Of a DNA stretch of 64,000 nucleotides, positions 9,729 through 19,307 are shown piece after piece. The stretch spans positions 561,130 through 625,129 of the forward strand of contig CAWEEW010000001.1 of assembly GCA_963808195.1 (NCBI GenBank), written 5' to 3'. A model generated the notes under the pieces. The model made no database searches and was not told the DNA's origin. It was given only the letters and a program-made list of their open reading frames with translations. The translations under genes and the position numbers were made by a program. Position 1 is the first letter of the stretch, and every line of letters starts with the position of its first letter. The stretch is from an uncultured Acidobacteriaceae bacterium. Its GTDB lineage: Bacteria > Acidobacteriota > Terriglobia > Terriglobales > Acidobacteriaceae.

Positions 9729-9801
9729 CACCTAGCAGGTTAGGAGGTAAGAAATATTTGCAACGCTACTCACTTTTCCCTTGCACCTAGCAAGCTAGGT
9801 G
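9729..9801. promoter_or_regulatory. Pair of 18-bp palindromic sites: perfect CACCTAGC-AA-GCTAGGTG (9784-9801) and degenerate CACCTAGC-AG-GTTAGGAG (9729-9746)
   Basis: Read directly. Centres are 55 bp apart, inside a 533-nt gene-poor gap. Candidate operator for a dimeric regulator; the target gene is unknown. Confidence 0.3.
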
Positions 9802-10064
9802 AGAACATGTTTTTGTAGTCGGACTGATCTGGTGTTACTAGCACCGAACCGGCCCTAACCGCAACGGCCTTGGTACGGAGGTCGCCATGGCGCACAGCAC
9901 TTTACCAGCAATCTCGTCCGAAACTTTTCCACAGGTATTCCAGCAGTTCACTAACGCGGTTCACCAGAAGCTCGAAGCGCGTCCCCTCCTAGAAGCCCAC
10001 GTCCTAACAATCCGCTTACCACAAACCGCGTTAGCAACACAGAGTTTAAGGCACTACCCAGATC

Positions 10065-10952
10065 TCAAGCCGCCGGGATGGTCAGCCGATTCTTGGCGGT
10101 TGGCGCACGCCGGGGAGTTGCAGTTGCGGCCACATTCGGTCTGGCCGGAGCGTTTGCCTCGCGAGCGTGTGAGGCGGATTGCGATTCAGAATGCGAAAGA
10201 AAGTGGGTTAACGCCGAAACTGCATGCCGGAATTTTGCTCCAGTTACGTTGTGCAACTCTGCGACCAGCGGCGACTCATGCACGTCTCCAAGATGCTCGG
10301 ATGCGCTTTGGGTCAAGGTAAGCCAATCATGCCAGTCGCCCACCGCGTCCTGTAACCGTTTAAGGCCTGCAATGAATTGCGTCGCCTCGGCAGACTTGGC
10401 TGCAAACTCGGCGGCGTAGCGCGCTCGCTTGCTCAAGATTCGATATTGGTGCAGCACCGCTTCACTGAGAGGCGCGTCCGTACGCTCGATCCGCTCCAAC
10501 ATTCCTCGGGCCGCAGCCAAGGGATCGCGGCTTGCTTCCGGACTAAAGTTCTTGCTGGCGCGCTTCAGACGCTTCCGCATCTCCTGAACGGTTTCTCCGT
10601 TGGCCGCCTTCCGCAACTTTTTTTCTTGATCGCTCCGCAGTTCGATCAGGCGATTCACCAGTTGCGTCTTCCGCCTCGGCTCCTGCGAAACTTTCAAGGC
10701 TCGCAAGGCAGTCAGTTGTACATCAAGATCGCGCACCTTACCGGCGCGTTTGCGGAGCCGGCCCAGGATTTTCAGAAGCTTTTTCTGATTGCGATCCAGC
10801 TTGGGCGAAAGTTCGCCCAACAGAGTTTGCAGCCGTCGCGTATCCGTACGGAAGCGGTGCACTTCTTTTGCCCGTGGCTTCGACGAGAGCTTGATCAAGT
10901 CCTGTTCAAGCTTCTCGAAAACGGCCTGGCTGCGTTTGCTGTCGATGCCCAT
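10065..10952 (-). CDS. CHAD domain-containing protein (polyphosphate-granule associated family)
   Basis: ORF 10065..11015 (TTG). ATG 10952 gives MGIDSKRSQAVFEKLEQ...VHRFRTDTRRLQTLL...ILSKRARYAAEF, repeated helical H/R-rich CHAD signatures. Low-complexity tail. Confidence 0.8.
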   Translation of the reverse strand: MGIDSKRSQAVFEKLEQDLIKLSSKPRAKEVHRFRTDTRRLQTLLGELSPKLDRNQKKLLKILGRLRKRAGKVRDLDVQLTALRALKVSQEPRRKTQLVNRLIELRSDQEKKLRKAANGETVQEMRKRLKRASKNFSPEASRDPLAAARGMLERIERTDAPLSEAVLHQYRILSKRARYAAEFAAKSAEATQFIAGLKRLQDAVGDWHDWLTLTQSASEHLGDVHESPLVAELHNVTGAKFRHAVSALTHFLSHSESQSASHAREANAPARPNVAATATPRRAPTAKNRLTIPAA

Positions 10953-11074
10953 GCACAGAATAGGAACAGAATCGAATTGGTAGACGAAAATACAGGCTTC
11001 CTCGCAAAAAGGCAACCGGGAAAGGCCATGATTTTAACCTCCTGTTAACAGGATTCTGGTAGGGTTATGCACGC

Positions 11075-12112
11075 ATGGCCAACTCTGCCTTACATCGGCC
11101 TGATATGCCTGGTCCGCAACCCGCTGAAACTACGAAGCTTACGGCGGTTTCGCCGGCTGCCGGCGCAGTCGCGCCGCATCTTCGGGCGAACGGCGAAACC
11201 GGCGACAAGGTCTTCAAGTTTTTAATGTTGCTGTGTGGGTTGGCTGTACTGGGCGTGCTGGCGCTGATCGTGTACGAGTTGATGCTGCGTTCCGCGCTCT
11301 CCTGGCATACTTTTGGGATTAAGTTCTTTGCCGGCCAAGACTGGGATCCGGTGCAGGAGCACTTCGGCGCGCTCCCTTTTATTTACGGGACCTTGGTTTC
11401 TTCTTTCCTGGCGCTGCTGATCGCAGTGCCGCTGTCTGTTGGGGTCGCGGTCTTTACAACCGAGATGTGTCCGAAGGTGCTTCGCGGGCCGCTCTCGTTT
11501 TTTGTTGAATTGCTGGCCGCCATTCCCAGCGTGGTTTATGGACTCTGGGCGATCTTCGTGCTAGTACCGCTTTTGAGCGGGTACATCCAACCTTTTCTCG
11601 CTCGTACTTTAGGATGGACCGGCTTTTTTGACGGTCCGCCTTACGGCATCAGCATGCTTGCCGCCGGAATTATTCTGGCCATTATGATCATCCCGATCAT
11701 TTCCTCGATTACGCGCGAGGTTCTCATGGTGGTGCCCCAGCATCAGCGCGAAGCGGCTCTCGCATTAGGGGCCACGCGCTGGGAGATGATTCGGGTTGGC
11801 GTTCTGCGCAACGCGCGTGCCGGAATCATGGGTGGCATCATCCTAGGTTTGGGCCGCGCACTCGGCGAAACCATGGCTGTGACCATGGTGATTGGAAACA
11901 CTCCGCAGATTGTCAAATCGCTATTCGCGCCGGGACACACTATGGCCAGCGTCCTGGCCAACGAGTTCAGCGAGGCGACGGGTAACGTTTATCTCTCAGC
12001 TCTGATCGAAATTGGGTTAGCACTTTTTCTGGTCACGATCGTGGTGAATGCGCTGGCACGTTTGCTGGTCTGGACAGTCACTGGCGGCCAGCCTTCGAGG
12101 GCGAATGGCTGA
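11075..12112 (+). CDS. pstC: Phosphate ABC transporter permease PstC
   Basis: 345 aa, polytopic. The EAALALGATRWEMI motif is the ABC permease EAA loop typical of PstC. Confidence 0.95.
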   Translation: MANSALHRPDMPGPQPAETTKLTAVSPAAGAVAPHLRANGETGDKVFKFLMLLCGLAVLGVLALIVYELMLRSALSWHTFGIKFFAGQDWDPVQEHFGALPFIYGTLVSSFLALLIAVPLSVGVAVFTTEMCPKVLRGPLSFFVELLAAIPSVVYGLWAIFVLVPLLSGYIQPFLARTLGWTGFFDGPPYGISMLAAGIILAIMIIPIISSITREVLMVVPQHQREAALALGATRWEMIRVGVLRNARAGIMGGIILGLGRALGETMAVTMVIGNTPQIVKSLFAPGHTMASVLANEFSEATGNVYLSALIEIGLALFLVTIVVNALARLLVWTVTGGQPSRANG

Positions 12113-12989
12113 TACGGTTATCACACCCGCGCTGCACACCGTGCCGCCGATCGCTTGGCGGCGTCGGCTCGTCAATCACTTAATGACCGGCGTGGCTGTG
12201 TTCACCGTCATTCTCGTTCTGGCGCCACTCATCGCGATCTTTGGTTATCTTCTCTACCGCGGCATCGGTTCGATCAACTGGGCGTTTCTTACCCAGACTC
12301 CGAAACCGGTGGGCGAAGCCGGAGGCGGGATGGCCAATGCAATCGTTGGCTCGGCCTTCATTCTCGCGCTGGCTAGCATTCTTGGAGTACCCATCGGAGT
12401 GGGTGCTGGTATTTACGTCGCAGAATATGGCCGCAACCGCTTCGGCGATGCCATCCGCTTCACCGCCGACGTGCTCAACGGCGTACCTTCCATCGTGATT
12501 GGCATTGTTGCCTACTCGATGGTCGTTCTTTACCAGAAGCATTTCTCGGCGCTGGCCGGCGGCGTGGCGCTGGCCATCATGATGATTCCTACGATCACGC
12601 GCACAACCGAAGACATGCTTCTGCTCGTACCTCACGCTTTGCGCGAGGCTGCTTATGGTTTGGGCATTCCGCGCTGGCGTGCCACTCTTTCGATCACTTT
12701 GCGCACGGCTACGTCTGGCGTGATCACCGGAATTATGCTGGCATTTGCCCGAGTTGCCGGGGAAACCGCACCGCTGCTCTTTACCGCCTTTGGTAATCAG
12801 TTCTGGAATCTCCGCGCCAACCAGCCCACCGCCGCGCTGCCGCTGCAGATTTTTACCTACGCCATTTCTCCTTACGACGAATGGCACCGGCAAGCCTGGG
12901 CGGGAGCACTCGTGCTCATCATCCTTATTGTCAGTGCCGTTGCGGCTGTGCGCTACGTGGTGCGTCGCGGTACCTTTGGAGCCGCTTAG
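12105..12989 (+). CDS. pstA: Phosphate ABC transporter permease PstA
   Basis: ORF 12048..12989. ATG 12105 overlaps the pstC stop (ATGGCTGA). REAAYGLGIPRWRAT EAA loop. Confidence 0.95.
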   Translation: MADTVITPALHTVPPIAWRRRLVNHLMTGVAVFTVILVLAPLIAIFGYLLYRGIGSINWAFLTQTPKPVGEAGGGMANAIVGSAFILALASILGVPIGVGAGIYVAEYGRNRFGDAIRFTADVLNGVPSIVIGIVAYSMVVLYQKHFSALAGGVALAIMMIPTITRTTEDMLLLVPHALREAAYGLGIPRWRATLSITLRTATSGVITGIMLAFARVAGETAPLLFTAFGNQFWNLRANQPTAALPLQIFTYAISPYDEWHRQAWAGALVLIILIVSAVAAVRYVVRRGTFGAA

Positions 12990-12992
12990 TTT

Positions 12993-13751
12993 ATGGGCGT
13001 TGGAATCAAGGTCGAAAACCTGAATGCCTGGTACGGCAAGAACCAGGCATTGTTTGACGTTCGTTTGACCATGGCGGCCAACCACGCCACGGCGCTGATA
13101 GGCCCTTCGGGCTGCGGCAAGTCGACGTTTATTCGATGCTTGAATCGCATGCATGAGACCATCCCGGAGGCGCGAGTGACTGGGAGTGTCCGCATCGGCG
13201 ACGTTGATGCCTACAACGGCACATCGGCTACGCAACTTCGGCGGCGGGTTGGAATGGTGTTTCAAAAGGCCAATCCGTTCCCCACCATGTCGATCTATGA
13301 CAACGTGGCTTCCGGTCTGAAGCTCAATGGTTTTAGCGATCGCCGCAAGCTGGACGAAGTCGTTCAACGATCACTTGAAGTTTCCGCGCTATGGGACGAG
13401 GTCAAAGATCAAATCCATAAAAAATCGGGCTCCAGTCTTTCAGGAGGCCAGCAGCAGCGCCTTTGCATTGCGCGAGCTCTCGCGGTTGAGCCCGAGGTCT
13501 TACTTATGGACGAGCCCTGCTCGGCGCTCGATCCTATCTCTACTGGCAAGATTGAAGAGTTGATCTTTCAGCTCAAAGAGCGGTATACCATCGTCATAGT
13601 GACGCATAACATGCAGCAGGCGGCTCGCGTCGCGGAGTTTACGGGATTCTTCCTGTTAGGTAAGATGATCGAATTCGATAGGACAGAAAAGATCTTTACC
13701 AAACCGTCGGACAAGAAGACGGAAGATTACATCACGGGTCGGTTTGGATAA
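12993..13751 (+). CDS. pstB: Phosphate ABC transporter ATP-binding protein PstB
   Basis: Walker [10 protein letters not shown], signature LSGGQQQRL, Walker B LLMDEP. Typical PstB length of 252 aa. Confidence 0.97.
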   Translation: MGVGIKVENLNAWYGKNQALFDVRLTMAANHATALIGPSGCGKSTFIRCLNRMHETIPEARVTGSVRIGDVDAYNGTSATQLRRRVGMVFQKANPFPTMSIYDNVASGLKLNGFSDRRKLDEVVQRSLEVSALWDEVKDQIHKKSGSSLSGGQQQRLCIARALAVEPEVLLMDEPCSALDPISTGKIEELIFQLKERYTIVIVTHNMQQAARVAEFTGFFLLGKMIEFDRTEKIFTKPSDKKTEDYITGRFG

Positions 13752-13810
13752 AACCTCTTATCAGATCGGCGGGATAAGAGAGTTCGGATCAAAATTAGAA
13801 AGGTTGGATA

Positions 13811-14530
13811 ATGCGCACGCGCTTTCAGCAAGGCCTCGACGATCTGCGCCAGAAGTTGCTCCGCATGGGTGGATTGGCGGAGCAGGCGGTGGATCGTGCG
13901 CGACAGGCATACATTGATCGTGACCTCACCCGCTGCCAGATGGTTCTCGAGGGCGAGAGCCTGATCAACACGGCGGAGCGCGAAATCGACGAGGCTGCTT
14001 TCGATCTGCTGGCCATGCAACAGCCCATGGCCGTGGATCTGCGCTTCATCCTTGCCGTAACCAAGATTAATTCTGATCTCGAGCGCGTCGGCGACCAGGC
14101 GGTAAACATCGCCGAGCGCGTGATGGACATGGCTGAGCTTCCCGCCGCCGATCTGCCGGTCGATATTGCGCGCATGGGAGCAGCCGTGAGCGCCATGGTT
14201 CGCCGGGCCCTCGAAGCCTTCATCGAAGGCAAAGCCGAACTCGCGCAAGCTGTCCTCGAGATGGATAACGTGGTCGATCGAATGAAAGACGATGCCTTCA
14301 TCCAACTGGTGAAGACCATGAACCAACGTCCAGACGTGGTTCGCCAGGCTCTCGATGCGCTCCTCGTGGCCCGTAACCTGGAACGAGTCGCCGACCACGC
14401 GACCAACATCGCCGAGGATGTGATCTTCTGGGTGCAGGGTGCCGATGTCCGCCACAATGTGAACGTGTCGGAGGAGCATTCCGATTCCGCGCCTACTCAG
14501 CAGTTGCCGACCCGCGCTTCCGGAGTCTAA
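13811..14530 (+). CDS. phoU: Phosphate signalling complex protein PhoU
   Basis: Two PhoU repeats with the E(R)xGD motif (DLERVGDQAVNIAE and NLERVADHATNIAE). Confidence 0.95.
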   Translation: MRTRFQQGLDDLRQKLLRMGGLAEQAVDRARQAYIDRDLTRCQMVLEGESLINTAEREIDEAAFDLLAMQQPMAVDLRFILAVTKINSDLERVGDQAVNIAERVMDMAELPAADLPVDIARMGAAVSAMVRRALEAFIEGKAELAQAVLEMDNVVDRMKDDAFIQLVKTMNQRPDVVRQALDALLVARNLERVADHATNIAEDVIFWVQGADVRHNVNVSEEHSDSAPTQQLPTRASGV

Positions 14531-14548
14531 GAGTGCACTATAAACCGC

Positions 14549-14613
14549 TGTGTCATCCTGAGCGGAGACGACTGATTCGCGAAGTGAATCAGTCCGCGTA
14601 GTCTAAGGATCCC
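14549..14613 (+). repeat. GTCATCCTGAGCG...AAGGATCC hairpin repeat, copy 1
   Basis: ctgTGTCATCCTGAGCGGAG-acga-CTGATTC-gcgaagt-GAATCAG-...-TAAGGATCCC. Same flanks as copies at 40266 and 45519(-), but a different internal stem. Confidence 0.6.
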
Positions 14614-14756
14614 TTCCCGTGAGCGGCACCGTCGTCTCTACGGGGAGTTTCCAGCAGAGTTCGCAATGTGTCTTGACGTCGCTTTGACCGAACCTTCCTG
14701 CATCCATTACGCTGATTTCGCTTCATGCTGTCGCAGATCAAACCTGCGGAGGCCCT

Positions 14757-17615
14757 GTGAACCGATTCTCCCGCGTCGTTTTTGTGATTGCCCTCCTCGC
14801 CGTTCTGAATCCGCTTCCCGCGCAGGAGAGCCATCCCGACAACTCCACCATCCAATTGCCCAGCAGCAAAACTCTTACTACGCCGTCACCCGGCCGCATC
14901 GGTAGCACCAACAGCTTTCCCGCCACCATCGCCCTCAGTCCAGATGGCCGTTACGCTGCGCTTTTGAACAACGGCTATGGCACGCAAGAAACAATGGCGA
15001 TGCAATCGATTGCTGTTCTCGATCTCAAGACCAACCAAATCTCCGATTTTCCCGACAAGCGCTTCGGCGAAGAGGTTCACCAGAGCTTTTTCCTGGGACT
15101 GGCTTTTTCTTCCGATGGCAAGCATCTCTACGCGTCCGTGGGTTCGATCACTGATCCCACGGGAGAAAAGCCGCTCGACACCGGCAACGGCATCGCGGTC
15201 TATAGCTTCATCGCGGGCAAGGTCGCGCCTGAGCGATTCATCGCCCTTGCACCTCAACCAGTCGCCGCTGATAAGAAGGTCGCGATCGGATTACACAAAA
15301 CGCCGCCGGGAAGCGCCATCCCGTATCCTGCAGGATTGGCGCTGATTTCAGCGGATGCAGATAAGGCTCACAATCAAGACCGCCTGCTTGTCGCCAACAA
15401 TCTCTCCGACAACGTCGTCCTGCTCGATGTCGGCACGAGTAAAGCGCTGCAGAGTTTCGACCTGGCTACGACCAATCTCGTGCCGTCTTCTTTCCCCTAC
15501 ACGGTTGTCGCCACACGCGATGGACGCCGCGCCTGGTGCAGTCTGTGGAATGCTTCCCGCGTCGCTGAACTGGACCTGACCGGCGGTAAAGTGGTTCGAT
15601 GGATCAAACTTCTCCTGCCCGATGATCCAATCGCGCCCGGTTCTCATCCCACGGCCATGCTCTTAAGCCCAGACGAGAAGACCCTTTACGTAGCCTTGTC
15701 GAATGCCGATTCCGTTGCCGTGGTCTCAACCGAAAGCGGCAACATCGTGGCTCAGCTTGATACCACAGTTCGCAACCAACGCTTCGCAGGAAGTTATCCA
15801 AGCTCTCTGGCGCAATCCGTGGACGGAAAAAAACTATTCGTGGGCGATGCCTCGTCTAATGCAGTAGCAGTTTTCGACACATCTAACCTGAGCGCGGCGA
15901 TTAGTCCACCTTCTAACGCCTCGGCCGCAACTCCGGCTCTCGGTTTTATTCCGACCGACTGGTATCCCAGCGCACTCGCGGTTCAAGGCGACGATCTCCT
16001 CATCGCCACTGCCAAAGGAGTGAGCACAGGCCCTAACAAAGGCATGGGCAAGACTGCCTACGAAGGCCGTCACCACTCGCATCCCTACATTCCCACGCTG
16101 CTTCGTGGCTCCATCGCGCGTCTGAATATTCCTTCCACTCTCGGCAAGCTCGAAGAGCTTACCCGCACCGTCGAGCAGGACAACCTGCTTCATCAAAATC
16201 CCGGAGTCATTACATTCGCGGCCGGCAAGAATCCCATCAAGCACGTCATCTATGTCATCAAGGAAAATCGCACTTACGATCAGATTCTCGGCGATTTGAA
16301 ACTCGGCGAACAGAAAATCGGCGATGGCGATCCCTCCCTCACAATGTACGGCGCCGACATCACGCCCAACGAACACAAGCTCGCGCTGCAATTCGGCGTA
16401 CTCGACAATTTCTATGACAGCGGAGAAGTTTCCGGCGACGGTCATCTATGGTCGAATGCGGCCATCACCAGCGACTACAACGAAAAAACCTGGCAGATCG
16501 CCTACCGCGGCAAGGAGCGTACCTACGATTTCCAGGGCACCGTCGCCGATGAGTATCCGCTCGACAACAACCAGCCCGATATCGACGATCCGGCCACAGG
16601 TTTTCTTTGGGACAACGTCGCCCGCCACGGACTCACTTATCGCGACTACGGTGAGTTCGTGAACGCGGAATGGTGCAACAAAATTCGCAAAGCATCGACG
16701 CCCAAGCAGGGAACTCCTTCCGCGCAGGAGGTCGAGTGCCCAAGGACCGAACTCCATCTGGGCGACACGCTCCCGCCAAACGTTGGAGATCCGCATGCCG
16801 CACCCAGCCCCTACCCGTGGGCTGTGCCTCTGTTTAAGGGAGTTAAGCCGAGTAAGGCGGTATTACGCAATCATTTCGATCCGCTCTATCCCGACTTCAA
16901 TACCGACTATCCCGATCAGCTTCGCGCCGACGAATTTCTGAATGAATTCGCGGCCTACACACGTGCCCGCGAAGCCAATGAAATCGCTGAGTTCCATTTG
17001 CCGGCATTTATTCTTCTTTACCTTCCCGACGATCACACCGGCGGCACGCGTCCCGATCGCCCTCGCCCTGCAGCATCGGTGGCCGACAATGATCTCGCCC
17101 TTGGCCGGGTGGTTGACGCTGTCTCGCATAGTCCCTACTGGGATGACACTGCGATCTTCGTCCTCGAAGACGATGCGCAGGATGGCGGCGACCACGTCGA
17201 CGCCCACCGTTCAATCGCCTTCGTGATCAGTAAGTATTCGCCAGGAATCGCCTCCGCGCCCTATGTCGATCACCGTTTCTACACGACGGTCAACATGATT
17301 CACACCATGGAAATGCTGCTGGGGCTGCCGCCCATGAATCAGAATGATGCATACGCTCCGGTGATCGGGCCGATGTTTTCCGGGCAAGGCACCCAGCCCG
17401 CGTTCCAGGCCGACTATCGCAATCTCAAGAACGGCCTGATCTACGAGATCAATAAACGTGACGCCCGCGGAGCGAATGATTCGGCGAAAATGGACTTCTC
17501 CCGCCCTGACGCCGCCGGAGCCGCGAATCTCAATCAAGTTCTCTGGCAGGACCAGAAAGGCGACGCTGCCCCGCCCGTGCCCAAACATACGGTCATTCCC
17601 GTCGCAGGGGACTAG
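14757..17615 (+). CDS. Secreted beta-propeller / phosphoesterase-family (PLC/AcpA-type) fusion protein
   Basis: 952 aa, GTG start, signal peptide. The N-terminal half has repeated LSPDG/SSDGKHLY/LSPDEKTLYV/SVDGKKLFV propeller blades. The C-terminal half starts HVIYVIKENRTYDQILGDL and contains DDAQDGGDHVDAHRS, typical of the phosphoesterase family. Confidence 0.85.
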   Translation: MNRFSRVVFVIALLAVLNPLPAQESHPDNSTIQLPSSKTLTTPSPGRIGSTNSFPATIALSPDGRYAALLNNGYGTQETMAMQSIAVLDLKTNQISDFPDKRFGEEVHQSFFLGLAFSSDGKHLYASVGSITDPTGEKPLDTGNGIAVYSFIAGKVAPERFIALAPQPVAADKKVAIGLHKTPPGSAIPYPAGLALISADADKAHNQDRLLVANNLSDNVVLLDVGTSKALQSFDLATTNLVPSSFPYTVVATRDGRRAWCSLWNASRVAELDLTGGKVVRWIKLLLPDDPIAPGSHPTAMLLSPDEKTLYVALSNADSVAVVSTESGNIVAQLDTTVRNQRFAGSYPSSLAQSVDGKKLFVGDASSNAVAVFDTSNLSAAISPPSNASAATPALGFIPTDWYPSALAVQGDDLLIATAKGVSTGPNKGMGKTAYEGRHHSHPYIPTLLRGSIARLNIPSTLGKLEELTRTVEQDNLLHQNPGVITFAAGKNPIKHVIYVIKENRTYDQILGDLKLGEQKIGDGDPSLTMYGADITPNEHKLALQFGVLDNFYDSGEVSGDGHLWSNAAITSDYNEKTWQIAYRGKERTYDFQGTVADEYPLDNNQPDIDDPATGFLWDNVARHGLTYRDYGEFVNAEWCNKIRKASTPKQGTPSAQEVECPRTELHLGDTLPPNVGDPHAAPSPYPWAVPLFKGVKPSKAVLRNHFDPLYPDFNTDYPDQLRADEFLNEFAAYTRAREANEIAEFHLPAFILLYLPDDHTGGTRPDRPRPAASVADNDLALGRVVDAVSHSPYWDDTAIFVLEDDAQDGGDHVDAHRSIAFVISKYSPGIASAPYVDHRFYTTVNMIHTMEMLLGLPPMNQNDAYAPVIGPMFSGQGTQPAFQADYRNLKNGLIYEINKRDARGANDSAKMDFSRPDAAGAANLNQVLWQDQKGDAAPPVPKHTVIPVAGD

Positions 17616-17798
17616 AAACTGGGTCTGCTAGACGCATTGGGGACAGCCGATCTCGGCTGTGCGGCCGTCTGGCGCCGCCCGCAGCATCAGTTGCTGCTGC
17701 CTGACCGGCCTCTCCTCCAAACGAAAGTCACTGTCCGCCAAACCCATTACCAGTAATCTCCTCCGGCTTCCTGCCGATAGACCTACTTGAGCGGAGTC

Positions 17799-19145
17799 AT
17801 GCACGATCTACGAGCCCCAGTAATGATCCGGGTGGATGTGTCGTGGATTGACGAAAGCGGTAGTGTGCAGGCAACTCGCGCATGCATCGATGATAAATCG
17901 GTTGGGGGAGCATGCATACGGATCAAAATACCAATCGCTGTAGGCTCCAAGCTGAAGATTCAAGGGCCGTGGGAGCAGTTCTCCGGCACCGTCAAGTACT
18001 GCCGCAGCGAGGACAGAGAATATTTTGTAGGCATACAACGGGACCCGAGCCCGGATGCTCCTTTGGTTCCCCCGCAGGGCGCTGCTCCTCAACAGCCGGT
18101 TACTTCAACGCCCCTGCTTCTCGAACCTGCAAGCGCGACTCACATTCCAGTTACTGCCTTGAGGCTGGAGAGCGTGCCGAAACCGCGGGAACGCAACCGG
18201 GTCGAAATGTTCCCCAAGAGGCCAGACCCAGAAGAAATCCCGCTCGTTCGACTCGTAGGCAGCAATGCATCGATGCCTCCGCCGCGAGGGTTTGGGCGTA
18301 AAACAACCCACCGGGAGCGGCCCGGTATTTTGCAGCCGCAGATCTCTTCGCCATCGCCGAGCTCGTATGCTCGACCGATTGAACTTCAGGCAAACCAGCC
18401 GCCAGCACGGCTGGACGTCGGCAAGGAAAGGAAACGTATGTCAAGCAAATGGTTTGGAATGTCATCCCGGCACAACAAACAGGAGGACTCCAGGACGAAC
18501 GGCGATGAAATTAGCAACGTCTCAGACGAGAAGGGGGATTTCATGGCTCCATCAATGACTCAACCAACGGAAAAAACTCCGGCGCAGTCTTCGCGGTCGG
18601 TCTCAAGCTTTCAGGTCCAGTTGTTGCCGGTTGAAGATATCTACCGCGCCGCCGGAATCATCACTCCGACGAAGGGATACAGCGTTAGCAAGGTCGTTGA
18701 GATGCTACGTAGCGAACATATTCGCGGGCTGTCGCCTGAAATGAAGCGGGCCGCCGTCTTGATGGCCCTCGATGCCGCGGGCGTTCCCCTTGCCCAAGTG
18801 CAGCAGGACGCCAAAGCGCGCAAGGAAGCTTTGGATTCCTATGAGGCCGCGCAAACCGAGCAGGTCGACGCAGAGTGGGCGAGGAAGGCGGAGGAGGTCA
18901 GCCAGATTCAGTCTGAACTGGAGAGCATCAAGGCCCACTATCAGGCACGCATCACCCGCAATCTCGAAGGTGTGGCCCGTGAGAAAGCCACCTTCGGTAC
19001 CTGGCAGACGATGAAGCAGCAGGAAGTGGAAAGCATGGCCGAAGCCGCCGAATTATGCTCAAAAGCGATGAACACCAAGTCTGCTCCGGTGCCGCCTAAA
19101 CCCCCGGAAGCTAGTGCTGCAGCGGCGGCAGCGGGCAATGCGTGA
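17799..19145 (+). CDS. PilZ-like domain protein with long Pro-rich disordered linker and C-terminal coiled coil
   Basis: ORF 17787 (TTG)/17799 (ATG). The N-terminal roughly 90 aa form a beta-barrel-like segment with DDKSVGG (DxSxxG). The upstream RxxxR motif is degenerate (LRAPVMIR). The rest is unrecognised. Confidence 0.6.
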   Translation: MHDLRAPVMIRVDVSWIDESGSVQATRACIDDKSVGGACIRIKIPIAVGSKLKIQGPWEQFSGTVKYCRSEDREYFVGIQRDPSPDAPLVPPQGAAPQQPVTSTPLLLEPASATHIPVTALRLESVPKPRERNRVEMFPKRPDPEEIPLVRLVGSNASMPPPRGFGRKTTHRERPGILQPQISSPSPSSYARPIELQANQPPARLDVGKERKRMSSKWFGMSSRHNKQEDSRTNGDEISNVSDEKGDFMAPSMTQPTEKTPAQSSRSVSSFQVQLLPVEDIYRAAGIITPTKGYSVSKVVEMLRSEHIRGLSPEMKRAAVLMALDAAGVPLAQVQQDAKARKEALDSYEAAQTEQVDAEWARKAEEVSQIQSELESIKAHYQARITRNLEGVAREKATFGTWQTMKQQEVESMAEAAELCSKAMNTKSAPVPPKPPEASAAAAAAGNA

Positions 19146-19307
19146 GACCATTGTCTGCGAGCGATTTGGACTGCGCGGTTGTGATGTAAAGATCGTCTGC
19201 GAACAAATCGCAATTTCAAGACAGTTCGCCGTGGGTCGATCGGCGACTGGCACTCGACACCGCACGCTGCACTTGGCCCCCGCCCTCCGCAGCTTTACAC
19301 TAGATAA

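Noticed and set aside
9887-10321. 144-aa plus-strand ORF with strong GGAGG SD
   Set aside because: It runs 257 nt antisense into the CHAD gene and uses many TTA/CTA/ACA codons unlike its neighbours. It is kept only as a note inside the gap finding.
10895-11029. AGGAGG-N8-ATG opening a 44-codon minus-strand ORF that overlaps the CHAD start out of frame
   Set aside because: The peptide (MAFPGCLFARKPVFSSTNSILFLFCAWAS...) is not protein-like. It could be a uORF or a chance SD in the divergent pstC/CHAD promoter region. There is no way to support it from sequence alone.
12180-13367. 395-aa minus-strand ORF
   Set aside because: It lies antisense across pstA and pstB, which have unambiguous motifs. 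The composition (R/G/A-rich) is typical of shadow ORFs in GC-rich DNA.
13727-14479. 250-aa and 210-aa minus-strand ORFs
   Set aside because: They lie antisense to phoU and are shadow ORFs.
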